From Candidatus Marinacidobacterales bacterium (GTDB taxonomy: Bacteria > Acidobacteriota > Vicinamibacteria > Marinacidobacterales > DATDRI01), in contig OZ245365.1 of NCBI GenBank assembly GCA_965226495.1, forward strand, positions 2,752,001 through 2,816,000: 64,000 nucleotides of DNA, given 5' to 3'. Positions 19,220 to 27,666 of this stretch are shown piece by piece. Position 1 is the stretch's first letter. Each line of letters opens with the position of its first letter. Under the pieces are notes generated by a model. The model saw only the letters and a list, made by a program, of their open reading frames with translations. It searched no databases and had not been told where the DNA came from. The position numbers and the translations under genes were made by a program.

Positions 19220-19876
19220 TTGTCGCGGGACCGACTCGTCGTCTTCGCCCGCGCTCCAATGTTGGGCGCCGTCAAGACGCGGCTCGTTCCGCCTTTGTCC
19301 AACGAACAAGCACTCGCCTTGCACCGCGCTCTGGTCGAGGACACCCTAGAGAGACTCGCGCGGGTAGGCGGAAACGCTCTCGAACGCTGGCTCTATGTGA
19401 GCGAACCCTTGGCCGGTCAAGACGCGTTGGAAATCCCCTCCGCTTGGACGCTGGCGCTTCAAAACGGCGACGACCTCGGTATTCGGATGGAGAGCGCTTT
19501 TCGCGACGCATTCCACGAGGAGCCGGGGAGAATGCTCCTCTTGGGAAGCGACAGTCCAACGCTACCCCTGGAATACGTGGGACAGGCATTCAAGGAGCTC
19601 GTCGACCGAGACGTAGTCCTCGGTCCGGCCGAAGATGGGGGCTATTATCTCGTCGGGTGCTCCACCTTTGTACCCGAGCTCTTCCGGAGCATCGATTGGG
19701 GCACCGACCGAGTGTTGTCTCAGTCGAAAGAAGCCCTTTCGCTAGCGGAGCGCGAGTTTACGCTTCTTCCCACTTGGTACGACGTGGATTCTCAAGAGGA
19801 CCTGGCGCGACTTCGAAGTGAATTGAAGTCGAACGTGCTGCCGCACATCGCGTCCGCTCTCGCGGAGATCCCCTGA
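19220..19876 (+). CDS. DUF2064/TIGR04282-family nucleotidyl/glycosyltransferase-like protein
   Basis: VFARAP..G.VKTRL, Q.GDDLG.RM, GSDSP, LGPAEDGGYYLVG, WYDVD. Confidence 0.88.
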   Translation: MSRDRLVVFARAPMLGAVKTRLVPPLSNEQALALHRALVEDTLERLARVGGNALERWLYVSEPLAGQDALEIPSAWTLALQNGDDLGIRMESAFRDAFHEEPGRMLLLGSDSPTLPLEYVGQAFKELVDRDVVLGPAEDGGYYLVGCSTFVPELFRSIDWGTDRVLSQSKEALSLAEREFTLLPTWYDVDSQEDLARLRSELKSNVLPHIASALAEIP

Positions 19877-19913
19877 AGGGCCTGAAAGGTCTTGAAAGGC
19901 CTAAAAGGAAAGA

Positions 19914-21245
19914 TCAGCCAAACGGTTCTTCAATAGACGGACTCTGTGGTGTGAAGAGTCTTGCGCCATCCTCGGTGATGTACATGCAGTCCTCGAGACG
20001 AACACCGAACTCGCCGTACAGATAAATGCCAGGCTCGTCGCTGAAACACATGCCCGGTCGAAGCGGCGTCTTGTTTCCTCTGACCAAGTAGGTCCACTCG
20101 TGGCCGTCCAGCCCGATTCCATGTCCAACCCGATGAGTGAAGTAGTCATAGTCGGGACCAAAACCCCCGTCGGTGATGACGCGCCGCGCCGCCTCGTCCA
20201 CCGCATCGCAGGTGGTGCCGGGTTTAGCGGCGGCGAGGGCTGCGTCTTGGGCTTTCCTTTCGAGGTTCCACAGATCTCTTTGGCGATCACTCGGCTTGCC
20301 GAAGACCAGGGTACGAGTGATGTCGGAACGATATCCCTCGACACCACAGCCGCCATCGATCATCACGATCTCCCCTTCTTTCAATTTCTGCGACTGATTG
20401 CTACCGTGTGGAAAGGCCGAGTACTTGCCGAACTGAACGCCCGCACCGCCCTGCACTCCTAGAGCTTCAAAGGCCGCTGCGCAATGGGCCGCGAACTCGA
20501 ACTGCGTCATACCTTCGTTGAGGGTCTCGAGCGCGGCTCGATAGGCAGCGATCGTGATGTCGTTCGCGCGTTGCATCAAGGCGAGCTCAGCGGGAGACTT
20601 CGTCACCCGGCAGCCGACCGTTACGGAGTCGGCGCTGGCCAGCTCGACACCTGCAGACTCTCTTCGGATCCCATCGAAAAGAAAAAACCGGACCTTCTCC
20701 TCGATTCCTATTCTTCCGCTCGCGATGCCGCGGTCTTTCAAAATCTCTGCGACTCTCCGATAAGGGCTTTCGTCCTCCTGCCAGGTCCGGATGTCGTAAC
20801 CGAAGCGGATCAACTCGCGCGCCCGTTCCTCTTCGAACGCCGGGCAAACATACGCCGGCTCGCCGCGGGCGGGAAGGATCATCCCGAACATTCTTTCGCT
20901 GCGCCCCCAACGAATCCCGGTGAAGTAAAAAAGGCTCGAGCCGGACTCGACATAGATCGCATCGAGGTGGTTCTCGGTCATGAGGCGCCGCGCGTTTTCT
21001 ATGCGAGACTGCCGCTCCTCGTCCGAAATCGGCGAGATGCCCGCGGTCATGGGCTTCAACTGTCGGATCGACTCTGGAACATCCGTAGGCGCCGGTCTTC
21101 CTTGGCCGGCTTGGCCGGCTTGGCTGGCTTGGCCGGCTTGGCCGGCTTGGCTGGCCTCTTTGGCAAAGCCGAGAGTTGGCGCGAGCAGCGCGGCGCCCGC
21201 CACGCTCGCGGCGGACTGAAAGAAACCTCTCCTATCGACGCACAC
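19914..21245 (-). CDS. Tat-exported Xaa-Pro peptidase (M24)
   Basis: DRRGFF Tat motif; DGG...SDITRT, HRVGHGIG, EPGIY, GVRLED. Confidence 0.92.
   Translation of the reverse strand: MCVDRRGFFQSAASVAGAALLAPTLGFAKEASQAGQAGQASQAGQAGQGRPAPTDVPESIRQLKPMTAGISPISDEERQSRIENARRLMTENHLDAIYVESGSSLFYFTGIRWGRSERMFGMILPARGEPAYVCPAFEEERARELIRFGYDIRTWQEDESPYRRVAEILKDRGIASGRIGIEEKVRFFLFDGIRRESAGVELASADSVTVGCRVTKSPAELALMQRANDITIAAYRAALETLNEGMTQFEFAAHCAAAFEALGVQGGAGVQFGKYSAFPHGSNQSQKLKEGEIVMIDGGCGVEGYRSDITRTLVFGKPSDRQRDLWNLERKAQDAALAAAKPGTTCDAVDEAARRVITDGGFGPDYDYFTHRVGHGIGLDGHEWTYLVRGNKTPLRPGMCFSDEPGIYLYGEFGVRLEDCMYITEDGARLFTPQSPSIEEPFG
21101..21154. repeat. 9-bp tandem repeat x6 (CTTGGCYGG) in the M24 gene
   Basis: Encodes ASQAGQAGQASQAGQAGQ after the signal peptide. 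Confidence 0.9.
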
Positions 21246-21449
21246 TTTTTATGCCTCCGTCCCAGTGCCCTGTATGGCGCAGCACATTCTAAGCCGGAAC
21301 GGTGGTCCAGTCGAGATGTGGTGAGATCGGCCTTTTGGCGAGACTCAGGGGCCGGGAGGAAGGCGGAAAAAAAGGTCGTTTTTAGGAATTTTACCCCTTG
21401 ACGAGGACGGGGTACTTGTCATACCTTGTACGTACCGCACAGCCAATAG

Positions 21450-21620
21450 GCGATCCTGAAGGCCACGGCTGAGCTTTCAAGTTTCGACCCTGCATTTATG
21501 TAGCGGGGACGGAATCGGGAAGGAGCCGTGCGCCATGTTTCCTTCTCCAGGTTGGGATTCCGTCCCCGCTGCTCCACTATTCCATATCCTTTTCGCCGTG
21601 GACTATGTGCCAGAGATCAC
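21450..21620 (+). ncRNA. Rod-shaped ncRNA with central bubble, 6S RNA candidate
   Basis: Stem 21500-21516/21556-21572, outer stems 21463-21469/21595-21601 and GATC/GATC; G-U pairs favour + strand; TTGACG promoter element near 21398. Confidence 0.5.
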
Positions 21621-21937
21621 GGAATTGCAAGTGGACTCCGGATTGAAGGGTTGAGGCAAGGCGTCGGGTCTTTTTTCCTACGCCCCCCCGTCGAGTTTTA
21701 CCCCCACTTTCGGGAACGTTATGCCTCGGGACGTAACGCGGTCTGTGTTAAGTAGCTGCACCCAAAGAGGATACGGAAAGTTCTTCGGCGGGCCCAAACT
21801 GGTCCAGAAATTGCCCTTATTAACCCGAGCGGGGAGGGGGCAGCGTGGAAGGGCCCCCCGATAAGACGCACTCTGGTCGGGGAGTTGTCCACCCTTTGGT
21901 TGGGGCTCCTTCTCCGCTCATCGAAACTTATTCGACC

Positions 21938-22603
21938 TTAGTCGGTCTTAGTCGGCAGGGGGAGCGACACGACATCCCCGGGATGTTCCAGCCAATAGTC
22001 CGGTTCGTAAAGCTCCAGGACGTGCCTCTCGATCGGTCCCCAAAGTGCCGCCGCGGTGGAAACACCTGCGGCTCTGCCGGCAGCCATATCGTGGGCCGAG
22101 TCACCAATAAACAACGTCTCCGAGGGCGCTGCACCCAGTTGCTCGATGGCGTGAAGGACGGGTGACGGATCAGGCTTGGGGCGCTCCACGTCATCGGCTC
22201 CCACCAAGACCGGGAACAGGTCACTGAAGCCACATACCCTTAGGCCCCGTTGGGCGCCGGATCTCATCTTGCTAGTAACGACCCCCAGCTTCACGCCCCA
22301 GGAGCTCAAGGTCCTAACCGCTTCGATGGCTCCGGGAAATACCGTCACCATGTCATCGTGATACTGGTTGTTGTACTCGCGGTAGGTCACGATCATCGCC
22401 TCGACCACCTCCGGGTCGTCGGAGAACTCGCTGAGTTGCTTGCGGAGCGGCGTCCCCATGCCCGCAAGCCACAGCTCGTCCGGTGACACCTTGCCGAGAT
22501 GCGTCTTAACCGTGTGGCGGTACGACTGAAGAATCAACTCCACCGAATCGATGAGCGTTCCATCGAGGTCGAAGAGATAAGCCTTGAAGGGCGGGTTAGC
22601 CAC
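21938..22603 (-). CDS. HAD-family hydrolase (PpaX/phosphoglycolate phosphatase-like)
   Basis: FDLDGTLIDS, VVTSK, KPDP, IGDSAHD; GTG overlaps pheT stop. Confidence 0.9.
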   Translation of the reverse strand: MANPPFKAYLFDLDGTLIDSVELILQSYRHTVKTHLGKVSPDELWLAGMGTPLRKQLSEFSDDPEVVEAMIVTYREYNNQYHDDMVTVFPGAIEAVRTLSSWGVKLGVVTSKMRSGAQRGLRVCGFSDLFPVLVGADDVERPKPDPSPVLHAIEQLGAAPSETLFIGDSAHDMAAGRAAGVSTAAALWGPIERHVLELYEPDYWLEHPGDVVSLPLPTKTD

Positions 22604-25001
22604 GAAGCTCGGCACCCAGGTCCTTTTGGAGAAGCCCGAGGATTCGGCCACGAGCCTTTGCCACATCCTTCTCCGTCAAGGTCCGGTCGCGGGCTTGGTA
22701 GGAGACCGAAAAGGCCAGGGACTTCTTCCCTTCCGAAACCTGTTCCCCCGCGTACTCATCGAACAGCTCGACCGAGGAGACGAGAGGGTGGCCCCGGATG
22801 ACATCGCGCACCCGCGACGCAGGTAGCTCCGCATCGACGACCACCGCCAGATCCTCCACTACGGGCGGGAACCGCGGTATAGGCTGGTAATGCGGGACCG
22901 GCGTCACTAGCGGCAATAGATCATCGAGCGCGACCTCGAAAAGGTAGACGTCCCGTTCCACACCAAAGTAAGCGGCAGTGGTGGGGTGAACCTGTCCGAG
23001 ATAGCCGACCTCCTTCTCTTCTGCACGCATCCGGCTGGCTCGGCCCGGAATCATCCCGTACTCCTCGACCGCCTCATACTCAACGGAAACCCCCAGACGG
23101 TCGAACAATCGCTCCACGCTCGCCTTCGCTTCAAAGAAGCCAATACCCTCTTCGGTCGCCCGGCCCCAACGATCCACACGCCGACCCGTTATCGCGCCCA
23201 CTAAATGCTCGACCTCGTTCGGCAGCTTCTCTTTGCTGGGAAGGTAGACCCTAGACGTCTCGAAGACGCCGAAAACCTCGTTTTGCACGCGCTGATTAGA
23301 TGCCACCGTGCTGAGCACGGAGCCACGGAGGCTGGTCCGCAACCGTTCTTGGCCCACGTTGAGCGGATTCAGGACGGCCAGGGGCTCCTCGCGAGCAAAT
23401 CGCTCCGGAGGGACAACCCGCTCCAGAGCCTCGCGACTCGTCAAGGGGTAGGTCACGATTTCTTGCATTCCGGCACTCGCGAGCACGTCGCGCACCCTCT
23501 CTCGTAACTCGCGCCTCGGCTGGGGTACGCGGGGAGGCACGCGCCCGGCGAGCGGTTCGATAGGAATCTGCTCGTAGCCAACGATTCGCGCCACTTCCTC
23601 CGCCACGTCGTCAGGGATACGAACATCCCGTCGCCAGTACGGTGGCTCCACTTCCCAACCGTCCGGCTTTGATGTGACCTCGAACCCAAGCAAACCGAGC
23701 GTGCTCTCAACCTGGTCGTCGGGAACATCAATACCGAGGACTTGAGCTAACCGCTGACGCTTTACCACGATGCGAGTCTTCGTCGGCTTGCCAGGGTACG
23801 CATCGACAACTCCCGCGGCGGCCTTACCACCGCCGAGCTCGACCAGCAGCTTGGTCGCGCGCTGAGAAGCAAGGAGCGCCAGCTCGGTGGGGAGACCCCA
23901 GGCGAACCTCCTCGACGCCTCACTCGGTACCTTGAGAGCCAGAGCGGTTCGTCGGATGCTGAGCTGGTTGAACGTCGCGACCTCCAAAAGGATGGTCTTG
24001 GTTTTCTCGGTGACTTCCGTGTCCAAGCCACCCATTACCCCCGCCACCGCGACCGGCCCCTTGGGATCGGTAATGAGCAAGTGCTCGGGTCCCAAAGTGT
24101 GGGCGACGCCGTCCAGCGTGGTCAGCTTCTCTCCTTTTCGTGCCCGACGAACAATGATGGTGTGCTCGGCCAAGGTGTCATAGTCGAAAGCGTGGATCGG
24201 CTGACCTGTCTCGAGCATCACGTAGTTCGTAATGTCCACGACGTTGTTGATCGGGCGCATCCCCGCAGCGGTCAATCGTCCCTGCATCCAAGGTGGAGAA
24301 GGACCGATCTTGACCTCTTCGATTACGGTCGCCGTGTACCGTGGGCACAGGTCGGCGTCGGCGTCCTCAATGACGACCTTCGCGAGTTTGTCGACTGGCC
24401 CGCCTTCGGCCTGGTAGGTCAGATCGGGCTCCCGCACCGTCTCTCCGGTCAAAGCGGCGACGTCCCGCGCCACTCCAAGCACCGAGAGACCGTCCGCCCG
24501 GTTGGGCTTCATATCGATCTCGAGCACCGTCTCCCCGTAGTAGTCCGCGAACGGCGTTCCGAGCGGCGCATCGTCTGAAAGAACCAGTATTCCCTCGTGC
24601 TCCTCCGAAAGACCCAACTCCCTCTCGGAGCACACCATGCCCGCCGATTCCACCCCACGAATTTTCGCCGCCTTCAGCTTCATTGGCTTGCCAGTGTGCC
24701 CATCGGCGAGCTGGGCGCCAAGCGTTGCGAAAGCGATCTTTTGGCCCGCCGCCACGTTCGGCGCTCCACAGACGACGGTATGCTGCTCGTCCCCGAGCGT
24801 GACCGTCGCGAGGCGCAGGCGATCCGCGTTTGGATGCGGAGCTACCTCAAGCACTTCCCCGACGAAGACGTTTTCCCAAGACTCACCGATCTGTTCGATC
24901 GACGTTACCTCGAGTCCGGCCATCGTCAGACGGTGGGCGAGGTCTTTCGGTGGCAAACGTAGAGTGACGTAGTCACTCAGCCACTTCAAAGGTACGCGCA
25001 T
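22596..25001 (-). CDS. pheT: Phenylalanine--tRNA ligase beta subunit
   Basis: HPNADRL, VVCGAPN, PNRAD, RPINNVVDITNYVM, C-terminal KKSLAF...RTLT. Confidence 0.98.
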   Translation of the reverse strand: MRVPLKWLSDYVTLRLPPKDLAHRLTMAGLEVTSIEQIGESWENVFVGEVLEVAPHPNADRLRLATVTLGDEQHTVVCGAPNVAAGQKIAFATLGAQLADGHTGKPMKLKAAKIRGVESAGMVCSERELGLSEEHEGILVLSDDAPLGTPFADYYGETVLEIDMKPNRADGLSVLGVARDVAALTGETVREPDLTYQAEGGPVDKLAKVVIEDADADLCPRYTATVIEEVKIGPSPPWMQGRLTAAGMRPINNVVDITNYVMLETGQPIHAFDYDTLAEHTIIVRRARKGEKLTTLDGVAHTLGPEHLLITDPKGPVAVAGVMGGLDTEVTEKTKTILLEVATFNQLSIRRTALALKVPSEASRRFAWGLPTELALLASQRATKLLVELGGGKAAAGVVDAYPGKPTKTRIVVKRQRLAQVLGIDVPDDQVESTLGLLGFEVTSKPDGWEVEPPYWRRDVRIPDDVAEEVARIVGYEQIPIEPLAGRVPPRVPQPRRELRERVRDVLASAGMQEIVTYPLTSREALERVVPPERFAREEPLAVLNPLNVGQERLRTSLRGSVLSTVASNQRVQNEVFGVFETSRVYLPSKEKLPNEVEHLVGAITGRRVDRWGRATEEGIGFFEAKASVERLFDRLGVSVEYEAVEEYGMIPGRASRMRAEEKEVGYLGQVHPTTAAYFGVERDVYLFEVALDDLLPLVTPVPHYQPIPRFPPVVEDLAVVVDAELPASRVRDVIRGHPLVSSVELFDEYAGEQVSEGKKSLAFSVSYQARDRTLTEKDVAKARGRILGLLQKDLGAELRG

Positions 25002-25006
25002 GGGGA

Positions 25007-26050
25007 TTAGAACTGCCTCAGAAAACGCAGGTCGTTGCTGTAGAAGTGACGAATGTCATCGACCCCATAGCGAAGCATCGCGATCCGCTCCACACCGAGG
25101 CCGGCCGCGAAACCGGTGTAGATGTCGGCGTCGTAGCCCATTTTCGTCAAGATCTCGGGATGCACCATCCCCGCACCCAGAATTTCGATCCAACCCTCGT
25201 TCTTACAGATGCGACAGCCCTTGCCCCCACACAAGAAGCAATCGATGGCCATATCGACGCCGGGCTCGACGAACGGGAAGTAATCGCATCGGAACCGAAT
25301 CTTTCGTTCCTGTCCGAACAGGCGCTTGGCAAACTCGAAAAGCGTTCCTTTCAGATGTGCCAAGGTGATGCCCGTGTCCACGGCCAACACCTCGACCTGC
25401 GTGATCATCCACTCGTGCGTCGGGTCGGTCGCCTCGTTCCGATACGTCTTGCCGGGTACCACAATACGGATCGGCGGCTGGTTCTTCTCCATGAAGCGCA
25501 CCTGGTTTGGCGACGTGTGGGTGCGAAGCAGGAGTTTCGCATCCGAACCATCGGCGCGATCGATGTAAAACGTGTCCATTAACTCACGGGCCGGATGTTC
25601 CTTGGGAATACGCAAGGCCTCGAAGTTGTAGTAGTCGAGCTCTACCTCCGGTCCTTCGACCACTGAAAAACCCTGAGACTCGAAGGCATTGAGAATGTCC
25701 CGCAGAGTTTGCGTGATGGGGTGAAGCCGCCCATAAGGGAGCGGGTAGCCCGGGAGGCTCACATCGACCCCTCCAGTCTCTACTGTTTTCTCGATGCGCG
25801 CCGTCTGGAGGGCGGCACGTCGCTCGGACAACGCCTCGTCGAGCTCCTTCTTGAGACGGTTGGCTGCTTCCCCAGCAGTACGTCTCTCATCCGACGGCAA
25901 CTCGCCCAACGAGCGCAGGAACGCTGTGAGTGTCGCCTTGCGCCCGAGGTGAGCAATACGCCAAGACTCGAGCGAGGACTCGTCCGACGCAGCGGCCAAA
26001 TCGCGGCGCGCATCATCGGCGATTTCTTGTATGTTCTTGCTATCCGTCAT
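25007..26050 (-). CDS. pheS: Phenylalanine--tRNA ligase alpha subunit
   Basis: HPIT, HPARELMDTF, LLRTHTS, YFPFVEPG, GAGMVHP, GVERIAM. Confidence 0.98.
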   Translation of the reverse strand: MTDSKNIQEIADDARRDLAAASDESSLESWRIAHLGRKATLTAFLRSLGELPSDERRTAGEAANRLKKELDEALSERRAALQTARIEKTVETGGVDVSLPGYPLPYGRLHPITQTLRDILNAFESQGFSVVEGPEVELDYYNFEALRIPKEHPARELMDTFYIDRADGSDAKLLLRTHTSPNQVRFMEKNQPPIRIVVPGKTYRNEATDPTHEWMITQVEVLAVDTGITLAHLKGTLFEFAKRLFGQERKIRFRCDYFPFVEPGVDMAIDCFLCGGKGCRICKNEGWIEILGAGMVHPEILTKMGYDADIYTGFAAGLGVERIAMLRYGVDDIRHFYSNDLRFLRQF

Positions 26051-26399
26051 AACCGAAAACGAAACACGGCCGGGCTCCCGCCTTTCCGGCCCCGGCCGCT
26101 CAGAAAAGTGCGTAGCAATTATATAGCCGCCTGGCCAGGTTTCGTACTAGCACTTACCTAGTTTGACGGCCAACAGGGTCCAGCAGCCAGAACCGCTAGA
26201 TCCTGCATTGCCATCTGAACCCCACAGGGCGCGGCGAGGCCCAGATGGCCAGAGGGTCGCATTCGGGGGCAAAAAAAGATCGAAAAATACTTGACAGATT
26301 CTCCGGAGCAATTTCGAAGTGTGACTAGTCACTAACGTAAACACCTGCCGGAAACGCACCCACGCTTTCTCGCATCCTCTCTCCAAGATTGAGACGTTT

Positions 26400-27470
26400 T
26401 CTTGATCCAATCCGTTTAACCCCGTCTGGTGGCGGCAGAGGCGTCAGAAAAACCCGTTGCTATCTATCGCTGAGATGTCGAGAAGAAAGGGCCATCTCGA
26501 GTGTGGCTACAAGAATCTCTTCGACTACTGCGTGAGGCGACTCCACTTGAGTGAAGGCTCGGTCGCCTTGCGGATCCAGGTCGCCAATGTGTCGAGGCGT
26601 TTTCCCCAGCTCCTCATTGCGTTGGCAGAAAACCGATTGAGTCTCACAGTGGCCGGTCTCTTGGCGCCCGTTCTCACGGAGAGCAACGTCGAGAGGCTCC
26701 TCGTGGATTGCGTCGGTATGACCAAGCGCGAGGCCGAGGAGTGCCTCGTCGCACTCCAGCCGAAGCCGGTCTTTGCCCCCTCGATTCGCAAATTGCCGTC
26801 TCCGGCCTCCCAGCGCCAGGCCACGTCACCCTCTCCGGCTCCGCTGCCGCAGGAGACACGCTCAACTCCGCGAGTGTCGCTGAGCATCCTCCAGCCGGCG
26901 AGGCCGGAGCTCTTCAATTTTCGTTTCGCTGCCGATCGGAAATTCAAAGACAAATTCGAGCGGCTCGCAGAAGTCCTCGATGTCCAGAACCCTCAACATC
27001 ACATGGCCGAGATCATGGAGCAAGCCTTGGACGTTGCTCTGGATAAGAAGGACGTGCAGAGGAAGCGTGCACGCCGACTACAGAGGGTGTCGAAAGGTAA
27101 CAAGAAATCTCGTCCAGACAAGGTTTTCGCGAAGTCTCGCTACATCCCGTCAGAGGTCCGAGAGCGCGTCCAAGAGCGGGCTGGATACCAGTGCCAATAC
27201 CGAGCTCCCGATGGAACCCGGTGTCGGTCAAGAACGGGACTTCAGGTTGAGCACCTGCGACCCTTTGCTTTGCATCGCAGCCACGACGAGAAGTATCTGC
27301 GGCTCTACTGCGACCCTCACAATCGTTTGAGCGCCGAGCGGGTCTACGGTGCCGCATTCATCCGGGGGAAGGTCGATGCCTCCCGGCGCAGACACTCCGA
27401 GCGGCAGAGTGGCAGCAAAACGCCTGAAGCTCAATCCGAGGATGGGGTACCACCCGGACCTCAGGCGTGA
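26400..27470 (+). pseudogene. HNH endonuclease with helical (DUF222-like) N-terminus, 5' end frameshifted
   Basis: ORF 26457-27470 has C..C..EH...C..HN; upstream bases encode RLVAAE/RQK out of frame; homologous to 30822-31910. Confidence 0.7.
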
Positions 27471-27666
27471 CAGGCCGGGGAAGGCGTTCAAGCCGAGAAA
27501 TCAACCAGTTAGGCTCTCGGGTTTATGCTCCTTTGGTACCCGTTAGGACCGCTTCACTGCACAATTACCGCACAGAGCGAAGACCCTAGGCCTTTCCCTT
27601 GGACAGTTTGGCTTTGCCCGAATAGAATGTCCTCCTTGGCTGGTGGTGACTCCCGAAAGCCAGACG

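Noticed and set aside
19872-19908. Short 10-bp (C/T)TGAAAGG repeats between convergent genes
   Set aside because: Degenerate, 3-4 units, no spacers; not CRISPR
21500-21572. SRP RNA, tRNA or retron msr-msd interpretation of the hairpin
   Set aside because: No SRP domain IV motif, no cloverleaf and no reverse transcriptase gene in the window
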